Shown here piece after piece: positions 37,512 through 46,155 of a stretch of 64,000 bases of DNA (position 1 is the first letter of the stretch; every line of letters begins with the position of its first letter). Under the pieces are notes generated by a model that saw nothing but the letters and a program-made list of their open reading frames with translations, had not been told where the DNA came from and did not search any database. Position numbers and translations under genes: made by a program. The stretch is from Candidatus Microgenomates bacterium. GTDB taxonomy: Bacteria > Patescibacteriota > Microgenomatia > UBA8517 > JACQJR01. Location: the NCBI GenBank assembly GCA_016204995.1, contig JACQJR010000001.1:241132-305131 (forward strand), given 5' to 3'.

Positions 37512-39786
37512 TATCTGCTCTTTCTTGAAAATTTCTTTTTTGCCTGATCAAAAAATATTCGGTTCTAGGCCGATCATCGGTCACGGGCAAGACGTCTTTC
37601 ACCAAATTTTTAACAAACGACTCATCACCCAAAACGCCTTTATCCATCTCTTTAAATGACACCGGACCCCATCGGCTCTTATAAAGAGGATTAATGCGCG
37701 TTTCGTTAATATCATCGTAGAAAGGATACTGATGATACTTTTCCTCCATCATCTTCTTATCCCAAGTGATATCCCTGTCCGAACCAAAAACATAGTATCC
37801 CCAGCCTTGCGGAGAAGTCATAATTAAGATATGGGGGAAGACCTCATAGAAACTCCTAAGAAGTATTTGAAAATCATCCATTCTCGTGCCAGAGTAAAAC
37901 CAGGCCACGAAGATTCCATCATCCTTTAATTTTTTTTTGCTGTCCTCGTAAAATTCCTTTGAATATAATACTGTAGTTCCCGCCGCATTAACAGGTGGAG
38001 GTGGATCAACCACAATAATATCGTATTTTTTATCCGTCATTCTTACATAATTTCTACCATCATTAATGATAATTTTCCCGCGAGGATTACTAAGCGCTAA
38101 ACTTGCATCATCATGAAATAAATTAAACATCTTGGGAACTGAAGGCACTAAATCCACCGCATCAACACGGACATTGTCATGCAAAAGCGCCGAGCGATAG
38201 GTGGAACCCATGCCAAAAGCGATCACCAACATATCTTCTGCCTGCGGGCGCATAAATAAGGGCAGATGTGCCAAAAGCGCCGTTTCAGGACCTAAAGAAG
38301 TCGTTTGCACCCCATCAATAATTAAAGCCCTATCTCCGCCCTCTTTCTGTCTGTAGCCCAAAACAGATGCCACCTCATCCTCTAAGAATAGAACTTCATA
38401 ATCTCCTCTAAGCGAAGTTATTCTCTCCTTAAGTTTTCCTTCTTGAAATAACAATGAGGGTTGGAAAAGGAAACTTCCAGTTACCAAAATTATTATAATG
38501 CTAAATGCTATAATTGACCTTCTAAATAACAAAGCCAATTTCTTCTCCAATAAAACCAGTAGTATACCGAGCGAAAAATTAATTAAAGTCAAAACAAAAA
38601 TACTTCTAACTGTGCCAAAAATAGGAATTAGAATAAAAGCTGCAGCAAGGGAACCCATAATGGTTCCTAAAGTATTAGCCGAATAGACCACTCCCACCCC
38701 TTTACCAACTTCAGTATGTCCTTGTAGGATTCTCATCACCACCGGAAAACTCATTCCCATTAGCAATGTACCGGGAATAATTGTAGTTAAAACTTTAACC
38801 GCTGCAGGGAAAGATGTTAGTGAACTATTGGCTATTACTGACAAAAGGGCACTTAAACCTATACCTATCTCAATAAAACCAAATAAAAAAAATGGTGATC
38901 CTAATTTATGCAGCACAAATCTATACAATAAACTTCCAAGAGCTAAACCTAATAAATAAACTCCTAAGATTCCCGAGAAAGCGTAAATATAAGTCCCCAC
39001 AGAAGGAGTTAAAAGTCGTGTCCATAGAACTTCATAAGCCAATGAGACAAAACCAGAAAGGGCAAAGGCGATTATAACTATAGAAAATGCCGATCGCGAT
39101 AGTTTTATTTTGGGGATTTTCAACAGCTTACTTGCTTTTTTTTCAATAGCAGAAGCGGCGTGATAGCTTCTTTTTGATAAATACACGCTTGCTAAACCTA
39201 TACCGAGATTAAGTAAAGCAGCTAAAATCAAACTAAATCTTAATCCTAAAAGTTCAATAAAAACGAAACCTGTCAAAAGCACTCCCGCTACCGCCCCAAA
39301 GGTATTAACAGCATATAAATAACTGACCGCTTTGGAAACATGCGGAGAAAAATTTATTAAAAAGCGAACAAGTAGCGGCAGGGTTCCTCCCATGGCAATA
39401 GTCGGAGGCAATAAAACTAAACCTATTAATAAAAATTTAGCCAGGAGCAGTAAATAAGCATTAAAACCAAAGAAAGAAAAAAGCCATTGATAAACTATTT
39501 GAATTGCTGGGAAAAGAATAATAGTAGCCAAGGTTGAAACACCCACCATAATTTCTAATAATCCGTACAATTTTAAGTGTTGGCGCGTTTTATCGGAAAT
39601 TTGACCAATTAAAAAACTGCCAATAGCAAGACCCGCCATAAAAGCCGCCAGCACCGCCACCACAGAATGCGTGGTACTGCCAAAAATTAAAAGCAGCTGT
39701 CTGGTCCAAACAACTTCATAGACTAACCCGGCAAATCCAGATAAAAAGAAAAATAGAGGTAGTAATCTCAAAGTGGATTTCTTCAT
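37483..39786 (-). CDS. fused MFS-like membrane domain / spermidine synthase-like (PABS) protein
   Basis: 767 aa; N-terminal ~12 TM, C-terminal 'DMLVIAFGMGSTYRS...VDLVP...IIINDGRNYV...YDIIVVDPPPPVNAAGTTVLYSKEFY' aminopropyltransferase fold. Confidence 0.65.
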   Translation of the reverse strand: MKKSTLRLLPLFFFLSGFAGLVYEVVWTRQLLLIFGSTTHSVVAVLAAFMAGLAIGSFLIGQISDKTRQHLKLYGLLEIMVGVSTLATIILFPAIQIVYQWLFSFFGFNAYLLLLAKFLLIGLVLLPPTIAMGGTLPLLVRFLINFSPHVSKAVSYLYAVNTFGAVAGVLLTGFVFIELLGLRFSLILAALLNLGIGLASVYLSKRSYHAASAIEKKASKLLKIPKIKLSRSAFSIVIIAFALSGFVSLAYEVLWTRLLTPSVGTYIYAFSGILGVYLLGLALGSLLYRFVLHKLGSPFFLFGFIEIGIGLSALLSVIANSSLTSFPAAVKVLTTIIPGTLLMGMSFPVVMRILQGHTEVGKGVGVVYSANTLGTIMGSLAAAFILIPIFGTVRSIFVLTLINFSLGILLVLLEKKLALLFRRSIIAFSIIIILVTGSFLFQPSLLFQEGKLKERITSLRGDYEVLFLEDEVASVLGYRQKEGGDRALIIDGVQTTSLGPETALLAHLPLFMRPQAEDMLVIAFGMGSTYRSALLHDNVRVDAVDLVPSVPKMFNLFHDDASLALSNPRGKIIINDGRNYVRMTDKKYDIIVVDPPPPVNAAGTTVLYSKEFYEDSKKKLKDDGIFVAWFYSGTRMDDFQILLRSFYEVFPHILIMTSPQGWGYYVFGSDRDITWDKKMMEEKYHQYPFYDDINETRINPLYKSRWGPVSFKEMDKGVLGDESFVKNLVKDVLPVTDDRPRTEYFLIRQKRNFQERADIEEWIEGRK

Positions 39787-41978
39787 TGAGGGGTGCCTGC
39801 TGGATTATGAATTAGTTTATAAAGCACAATACCTTTTATTTCCCACTCCTTCTCAATTTTCGACCACCCAAAAACGGTTACTTCAGCTTTAGAGCTATGG
39901 GTAGGATCACACCTCTGGGCCGGCAATTCACAAACCACAAATAGTTGATCTGCTACGGTTTCCTGGTATCGTAAAGGGTCAATCTCGCGAACTGGTTCTT
40001 GCCACCATTCTAAAAAATACTGATAGGCATCTTCATAATTACGCTCTGCCAAAACTGCCAGATTAAAAGGTTGGCCGTGACTCTCCTGGGCAATTTTCCG
40101 GGCAATTTCTGCTGTTCTTTGTAACTGCCTCTGGGGAGGATTTTTAATTGGTGCTTCCCGCAAATTAACTATTAACAAAACTATTATTAAGCTAGTTGCT
40201 AAAATATTTAATTTTCTTTTGCTAACTAAATTTTGGGTGATGGCACCCAAAAGGATAAAAGGAGCTGCAAACATAAAGCCAAAATAATGATCGTAAATAT
40301 TTTGTTTGTATAAAGCCATTCCCACCAACCCTACCACTAACCAAACAGCCAGCAGAATTGTGGACCGGAGATGTGATCTGCTCCAAACCAAAAGCCATAT
40401 CAAGCCTGCCGTCAGTAAAGCGGCCATAAACTTAGTTAAAATAACATCCATCCCCGCCACAAAACGACCGACAAATTTATCCTGCCAGATGGGCCATATA
40501 TCACCCATCGCGTTCCATGGCTTCAGTGAGACAGTCGTTTGCCGGTTGGTAAAGAATTCCTTCATGGCGGAAAAATTATGCCAGCCATGGCGGGCATCAA
40601 AAATTACCAAGGGGGACATCAATACTGCGAATATTACCAAAGAAATTAAGGTATATCGCAGTAAGTTTTTGAGTTCGTGGTTATGAGTTCGGAGTTGATA
40701 AAGAGTAAGCAGCCAAAAAATTCCCAATGTAGGCAGAAGTAAAAGACCTAAATAATGAGATTGTAAAACAAAAGCGTAAGAAATACCCAATACGATCAGC
40801 CACTTAAACTCCTGATTTTTCCAGACCCGCCAGATTGCATAGATAGAAATCAAAGCGAAAAACGGTATGATATTGGGATTCCAGGAAGAGCGGGAGTAAG
40901 TAATCACGATGGGAGAAACGGCGTATAAAAGGGCCGCGACCTGGGCCGCCATATTACCAAACCATTCACGCGTTATCCGCCACACCAACCAAACTGTGAC
41001 TACTCCCAAAAAGGCAATAAGTACTGCCGGTCCTACCGGCGATAAACCCGATAAAAACATCGCCGGAGCCATTAAATAGTAATAAAGTGGGCCTAAGTAC
41101 ATGTTGCCGATGGAGGTGCCAGGCCCGATTAAAATAGGATCAAAATCAACTAATAATCTTCTGACTACAATGGCGTCTCTGCCTTCGTCGCCCAAAAACA
41201 TCATGTATTCTGGCAGTTTCCAAAATCGCAAAAAGATAGCCACCGCTAATATTGCGATCAGTATGAAAAATTCTCTCTTAGAAATAATCTTCCACCAGAA
41301 TTTAACCAAATCCAAGTAGCTTTTAACCACTACTTTTAAATCTGCTCCAGTTTGCGTGCCAAATTTACGCCTGTAATGATGAACTCCCACTTCGGCAAAT
41401 CTAAAACCTACACGCTTCGCTTTAACCAGCATTTCGATTTGAGTTACCTTTTCCCCAGCTTCCAATGGCAAAACTTTTTCAAAGGCCTCCTTCTTAATTA
41501 ACTTAAAACCACAGGAGTAATCTCGGGCAGAAAGACCAACTAAAAATCTGGCCATGATCGTCCAGATCAAATTACCGATCCTACGAACAAGCGGATCAGC
41601 CCTTTTAATTCTATATCCCAGTATAAAGTCAGCCTCGTCCGACCTCTCTAAAAATTTAGCAATTTCGGAAAAGTTAAATTGTCCATCGCTATCTGCAAAA
41701 GCCACCCATTCATATTTGGCATTTTTAAATCCGGTTTTTAAAGCTTCTCCATAACCCTTATTTACCTGATGATTAACCAAGCGGATATGCTTATCAGCAT
41801 TCTCCAACTTCTTGACGATTTTGGCGGTATCATCCTTGGAACCGTCATTAACCACAATCACTTCAAACTCTTCTAAATTCAAACCTTGGAGGACTTTTAA
41901 AGCATCACTGACTGTTTTTTCAATATTTGCTTCCTCGTTGTAAGCTGGGAAAAATACCGACAAGGTTTTAACTTGCAT
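39783..41978 (-). CDS. bifunctional fusion: GT2 polyprenol-phosphate sugar synthase (N-term) + GT-C membrane glycosyltransferase (C-term)
   Basis: 731 aa; N-term 'LSVFFPAYNEEANI...VIVVNDGSKDDT...FADSDGQF', C-term 'FLGDEGRDAIVVRRL...LIGPGTSIGNMYLGPLYYYLMAP' plus ~11 TM. Confidence 0.7.
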   Translation of the reverse strand: MQVKTLSVFFPAYNEEANIEKTVSDALKVLQGLNLEEFEVIVVNDGSKDDTAKIVKKLENADKHIRLVNHQVNKGYGEALKTGFKNAKYEWVAFADSDGQFNFSEIAKFLERSDEADFILGYRIKRADPLVRRIGNLIWTIMARFLVGLSARDYSCGFKLIKKEAFEKVLPLEAGEKVTQIEMLVKAKRVGFRFAEVGVHHYRRKFGTQTGADLKVVVKSYLDLVKFWWKIISKREFFILIAILAVAIFLRFWKLPEYMMFLGDEGRDAIVVRRLLVDFDPILIGPGTSIGNMYLGPLYYYLMAPAMFLSGLSPVGPAVLIAFLGVVTVWLVWRITREWFGNMAAQVAALLYAVSPIVITYSRSSWNPNIIPFFALISIYAIWRVWKNQEFKWLIVLGISYAFVLQSHYLGLLLLPTLGIFWLLTLYQLRTHNHELKNLLRYTLISLVIFAVLMSPLVIFDARHGWHNFSAMKEFFTNRQTTVSLKPWNAMGDIWPIWQDKFVGRFVAGMDVILTKFMAALLTAGLIWLLVWSRSHLRSTILLAVWLVVGLVGMALYKQNIYDHYFGFMFAAPFILLGAITQNLVSKRKLNILATSLIIVLLIVNLREAPIKNPPQRQLQRTAEIARKIAQESHGQPFNLAVLAERNYEDAYQYFLEWWQEPVREIDPLRYQETVADQLFVVCELPAQRCDPTHSSKAEVTVFGWSKIEKEWEIKGIVLYKLIHNPAGTPQ
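40668..40695. repeat. 14-bp imperfect tandem repeat (TTTGAGTTCGTGGT/TATGAGTTCGGAGT) in CDS
   Basis: within 39783..41978. Confidence 0.5.
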
Positions 41979-42003
41979 ATTGATATGCTACCATGAAAGG
42001 TGT

Positions 42004-43161
42004 ATGCGACTCAACGAACAGACTAAACACCTATTATTAATCAGCGGGGCTGTCCTTCTTTCTGTCATCGCAGTTTGGCTACCTTTTATTCTGCGTCTCC
42101 CCTCCTTCTGGGGGATAGAATTACCTCGTAATGGCATGGCTACTATTATAGCTAATTTTGATGGGCCCTATTATATTGTGGCGGCCAAAAGTTTGTATAA
42201 TCCGCAAGTTATTGAGCAGTTTCAATTTCCTCTTCATACCGAATATTATTCGGCCCATTTCCCCGGTTTTCCTTTGTTAATCCGCGCTCTGTCACCTTTT
42301 TTTGGTTATCCTTGGGCTATGATGATCGCGACAGTTTTAACCACTATCTTAGCGGCGTGGTTTTTTTATCTATTACTTAGACAGCTAGGTCTTGCTAAAC
42401 AAGCTTTATGGATTACTATAGTATTTGCCATTTTCCCAGCTCGTTGGTTAATTGTTCATTCAGTTGGCTCTCCCGAACCCCTATTTATCGCCGCGATTTT
42501 AGCCACTTTTTATTTTTTCTTAAAAGGCAATTATTGGCTGGCAGGGATAACCGGCGCAATTAGCATGCTAACTAAATCCCCGGGAATATTACTTTTTGCC
42601 GCTTTGACTCTGGCTATCTGGGGGTCCAAGTTTGATCAATTAATGCTCCATCCCTTATCTACCTTAAAAAAACTAATACCGCCCACCCTGCCTTTGCTTC
42701 TCATGCCACTGACTCTATTAGGAATATTCTTTTGGTATCAATATACTTATGGTGACTTTTTTACTTATTTCCATTCGGGAGATAATATTCATCTTCTTTT
42801 CCCGCCCTTTCAAGTTTTTAATGCCAATCAGACTTGGGTAGGCACTTTTTGGCTGGAGGAAATAATTTGGATTTATCTGTTAGGCTTTTTAGGACTATTT
42901 CAATTAATCAAACGCCGGTCGTGGGAAATGGCTTGGTTTGTAGGAATATTCTTTGCTTCCACCCTTTTTGTTTCACATCGCGATATTGCTCGCTACACTT
43001 TGCCGATTGTGCCCTTTCTGCTAATTGCCTTCAATCATGTCCTGGCTACTAAAGAATTTAAATGGGGTATGGCACTACTATTAATTCCTATTTACCTTTT
43101 TGCTCTGTCCTTTATCTCTCACAATATCACGCCGATTGCAGATTGGGAACCCTTACTTTAG
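42004..43161 (+). CDS. polytopic membrane protein, putative GT-C-like mannosyltransferase
   Basis: ORF track starts at TTG 41980, abutting the divergent gene; ATG 42004 ('MRLNEQ') more plausible; ~10 TM, 'FDGPYYIVAAKSLYNP'. Confidence 0.4.
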   Translation: MRLNEQTKHLLLISGAVLLSVIAVWLPFILRLPSFWGIELPRNGMATIIANFDGPYYIVAAKSLYNPQVIEQFQFPLHTEYYSAHFPGFPLLIRALSPFFGYPWAMMIATVLTTILAAWFFYLLLRQLGLAKQALWITIVFAIFPARWLIVHSVGSPEPLFIAAILATFYFFLKGNYWLAGITGAISMLTKSPGILLFAALTLAIWGSKFDQLMLHPLSTLKKLIPPTLPLLLMPLTLLGIFFWYQYTYGDFFTYFHSGDNIHLLFPPFQVFNANQTWVGTFWLEEIIWIYLLGFLGLFQLIKRRSWEMAWFVGIFFASTLFVSHRDIARYTLPIVPFLLIAFNHVLATKEFKWGMALLLIPIYLFALSFISHNITPIADWEPLL

Positions 43162-44361
43162 GGGTGAAATTTTAGCCAACACATTTCTTAAACTCCACCT
43201 CTTCCAGATGAAAACATTATACATGGTGTAATTATACGGAATGACAAATATCCCTACCGCAATTACTAAAGATAGCTGACGCACGATCAAGGTATCTCCA
43301 AACATAATTACTCCCACTGCGATCACGACGGATTGAATCACAATTGCCCCAAAGGAAGCTAAATTAAATTTAATAAATCTTCTAATATATTTTAAGGGGC
43401 TGGCAATTTGGACGTCTTCAAAAGTCCATAAATTATCTAAATTAAAATTAGAGAAAATAGCAATCTCTGCTGCCACCGCTGCTGCCCAAAAAGAGGGTTG
43501 GGCTAAAATTTTCAGATGCATTGAGTCTGTTTGAGGAAAAAGATGGGCAAGGTTAACCGTTAAGGAGGTATTACGGAATAATTCCAAACCCACTGCATTA
43601 ATAATAAATCCTATTCCTCCTACCAGGGCGAATTTAATAAATCGCGATCGTAATCTTAAAACGATGAGGAAGGTATCTATTGTCTCGCGCAATTTAAATT
43701 TAGATTTTTCCCGCAGCCTGGGTAAAAAAGCAATTGGCACTTCACGAACTTTGGCACCTTCTTTTAACAATAAATTCAAAAGGTGCATTTTATAGGCATA
43801 GCTGGCTTTGCCGTAGAGGATGTCTAAATTAATTTTGGATAAATAGCCTACTTTGGTTAAACGAAAACCGGTAGTCAAATCATGAATTTTAGGAAGAAAT
43901 AAAACTGTTCTGGCAAATACGTTTCCAAACCAGGATAAAAATTTACGATAAAACTGCCATTCTTTTGGTACTGACCCTCCCTTAATATATCTTGCCCCAA
44001 TTACTACATCGGCATTCTTAGCAGCTTTTACCAATCTTTTAACATCGGCCGGGTTATGTTGAAAATCAGCATCCATCTCAATCACAGCATCTGATTTCAT
44101 TTCATTCATGGCGTATTTCATACCGCGAATATAAGCATAGCCCAAGCCCTTTTTCGGACCGGTTAAAAGATGAAGATTTTTATATTTTTTTAAATTCTGT
44201 TTAACAATCTCGCCAGTGCCATCGGGAGAATTATCATCCACTATTAATAAATGCATCTCTGCCTGTGTAATCTTGGGAAATTCCTTTTTTAAAAGTACCT
44301 CCATCATCTGGCCAATATTTTCCTTCTCGTTATAAGTAGGCATGATCACGACAATCTTCAT
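43153..44361 (-). CDS. GT2 polyprenol-phosphate mannose/glucose synthase with C-terminal GtrA-like 4-TM domain
   Basis: 402 aa; 'VVIMPTYNEKENI...LIVDDNSPDGT...EMDADFQHNP', C-terminal 'FIKFALVGGIGFIINAVGLELF...' GtrA-like. Confidence 0.75.
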   Translation of the reverse strand: MKIVVIMPTYNEKENIGQMMEVLLKKEFPKITQAEMHLLIVDDNSPDGTGEIVKQNLKKYKNLHLLTGPKKGLGYAYIRGMKYAMNEMKSDAVIEMDADFQHNPADVKRLVKAAKNADVVIGARYIKGGSVPKEWQFYRKFLSWFGNVFARTVLFLPKIHDLTTGFRLTKVGYLSKINLDILYGKASYAYKMHLLNLLLKEGAKVREVPIAFLPRLREKSKFKLRETIDTFLIVLRLRSRFIKFALVGGIGFIINAVGLELFRNTSLTVNLAHLFPQTDSMHLKILAQPSFWAAAVAAEIAIFSNFNLDNLWTFEDVQIASPLKYIRRFIKFNLASFGAIVIQSVVIAVGVIMFGDTLIVRQLSLVIAVGIFVIPYNYTMYNVFIWKRWSLRNVLAKISPLK

Positions 44362-44376
44362 ATAAATATAATTTGA

Positions 44377-44394
44377 GGGATCCTATTGGATCCC
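44377..44394. promoter_or_regulatory. perfect palindrome GGGATCC-TATT-GGATCCC in divergent promoter region
   Basis: sits between start of 43153..44361 (-) and trmD (+). Confidence 0.3.
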
Positions 44395-44448
44395 TTCTGC
44401 CTTCAATTTACCAGATAAAACTGCTAAAATACAAGAGTGTAAATTATT

Positions 44449-45159
44449 ATGGTCATAAATATTCTAACTTTATTCCCAGAGATGTTCCGCGGCCCTTTTG
44501 ACCAGTCTATCATCAAAAGGGCACAGGATAGGAAATTGGTTCAAATCAAAACACATGATTTGCGCAAATGGACGATTGATAAACATGGTACAGTAGATGA
44601 CAAACCTTATGGCGGCGGAGCGGGAATGCTCATGATGGTAGAACCAATCTATCGCGCCATCACCGATCTGAAATCTAAAGTCCAAAATCTAACCTCTAAA
44701 GTCATCCTCCTAGATCCTGGCGGTCAACCTTTTAATCAATTAAAAGCCCAGGAATTGTCAAAAATGGAACATTTAATTTTAATTGCCGGGCATTACGAAG
44801 GCGTTGATGCCAGAGTTAAAGAACATTTAATTGACGAAGAAATTTCTATTGGGGATTATGTCTTAACGGGCGGAGAGTTACCAGCTATGGTTATAGTAGA
44901 TACAGTAGTTAGATTAATACCAGGAGTTTTAGAAAAATCTACCGCCACACAGATAGAGTCATTCTCCCCACTGGAAATTGGAAATTGGAAATTGGAAAAT
45001 TCTTTGGAGTATCCTCAATATACGAGACCGGAAAATTTTAAAGGTTGGAAGGTGCCGAAAGTATTATTAGGCGGTAACCACAAAGAAATTGAGAAATGGC
45101 GAAAAGAACAATCTTTGGAACACACCCAAAAACATCGCCCTGATCTCTTAAAAAAATAG
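44449..45159 (+). CDS. trmD: tRNA (guanine37-N1)-methyltransferase
   Basis: 236 aa; '[11 protein letters not shown]', '[17 protein letters not shown]', '[14 protein letters not shown]', '[14 protein letters not shown]', '[10 protein letters not shown]' SPOUT/TrmD blocks. Confidence 0.9.
   Translation: MVINILTLFPEMFRGPFDQSIIKRAQDRKLVQIKTHDLRKWTIDKHGTVDDKPYGGGAGMLMMVEPIYRAITDLKSKVQNLTSKVILLDPGGQPFNQLKAQELSKMEHLILIAGHYEGVDARVKEHLIDEEISIGDYVLTGGELPAMVIVDTVVRLIPGVLEKSTATQIESFSPLEIGNWKLENSLEYPQYTRPENFKGWKVPKVLLGGNHKEIEKWRKEQSLEHTQKHRPDLLKK
44973..45000. repeat. (GGAAATT)x3 +GGAAAAT heptanucleotide tandem repeat in trmD
   Basis: encodes 'EIGNWKLEN', an insertion relative to canonical TrmD between ESF and LEYP(H/Q)YTRP. 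Confidence 0.7.
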
Positions 45160-45169
45160 TCATCCTGAA

Positions 45170-45205
45170 GTTTTGACTTTTGAGATTTGAGATTTGAGAT
45201 TTTTA
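45170..45205. repeat. AT-rich element GTTTTGAC-(WTTTGMG)n, intergenic copy
   Basis: GTTTTGAC then TTTTGAG ATTTGAG ATTTGAG ATTTTTA between trmD stop and convergent 45203..45703. Confidence 0.5.
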
Positions 45206-45703
45206 AGTGTATTTGTCTGCCACTACAAACGCTCCATATGATTCTGGTTTGGTCTTGGCGGTAAAACCAGAACCTGTCACCATTCCTACCACTTCCCGAA
45301 TCATGTCGCGAGTAGGGCCAACTGACCCCACATCAATATGAATTTCTAAATCGTATTTACTGGGAGTAATAATTTTTCGCAAAATCGGCACCAGCTCGTG
45401 AGCCAATTCTAAAGAAAGCAATGTTTCCCGATAAATTTTCTCTCTTAAAACAAATTTCTTTTTTTGCTTTTCTTTATGCCAAAAATAACGGCCGCCATGA
45501 CCAATCCGGTGAATGACAATGGCGCTGACAAAGTCGGTTTCTGTATCACCATTACTTCTCCGAGTCTGGGAATCTGTACCAATGACTAATCTATAGAAAC
45601 TAGTAGCATCTTCATCAATAAATTGGGAAACTTCTGCTGCCACTGCTTCTAAATTCAACTCACCCTTGGTGGGACTCACAAAAAGTCCATTTTCGCTACT
45701 CAT
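45203..45703 (-). CDS. DUF458/YkuK-like RNase H-fold protein
   Basis: 166 aa; 'YRLVIGTDSQ' GTDS block; assignment by resemblance only. Confidence 0.45.
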   Translation of the reverse strand: MSSENGLFVSPTKGELNLEAVAAEVSQFIDEDATSFYRLVIGTDSQTRRSNGDTETDFVSAIVIHRIGHGGRYFWHKEKQKKKFVLREKIYRETLLSLELAHELVPILRKIITPSKYDLEIHIDVGSVGPTRDMIREVVGMVTGSGFTAKTKPESYGAFVVADKYT

Positions 45704-45723
45704 AGCCTAAATTATAGCATTTT

Positions 45724-46155
45724 TCACCCTTCAAAGACCACTTGGGCGCGCCATGCTTTATTGACTTTGGCTAAATTAAGCAAGTTAATATTAAATGATT
45801 CAATTTCCATCTTCAGTTTATGGTGAAGCGGATCAAATTTCTCCCCATAAACATATCCTTGAGCTGACCAACTGCTATCTTCGTGAGTCACTCCCACTTT
45901 AACTTCTTTGGCAATAAAATTTCTGCCTTTTCTAAGAAATATTAAGTGGGTAAGTAATCCCAAAAATAATTCTTCAAAGCTAATTTTTCGCAAATTAACT
46001 AATTCTTTGGCCCGATTGCGTACAGCTTTAGGATCAATTATTACGCCTATCAAAACCTGCGCCGCATTTTCCAACAAGACCCTTTCATTTCTACCGAATA
46101 TTTCAAAAGCTACTCCAGTCGCCGAGATGCCTGGTAAAAAGTTAAATTTGCTCAT
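45724..46155 (-). CDS. archease-like protein (atypical N-terminus)
   Basis: 143 aa; 'GRNERVLLENAAQVL' and C-terminal 'VKVGVTHED...AWRAQVVFEG' resemble archease blocks, but canonical N-terminal 'EHTAD' replaced by 'GISATG'. Confidence 0.4.
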   Translation of the reverse strand: MSKFNFLPGISATGVAFEIFGRNERVLLENAAQVLIGVIIDPKAVRNRAKELVNLRKISFEELFLGLLTHLIFLRKGRNFIAKEVKVGVTHEDSSWSAQGYVYGEKFDPLHHKLKMEIESFNINLLNLAKVNKAWRAQVVFEG

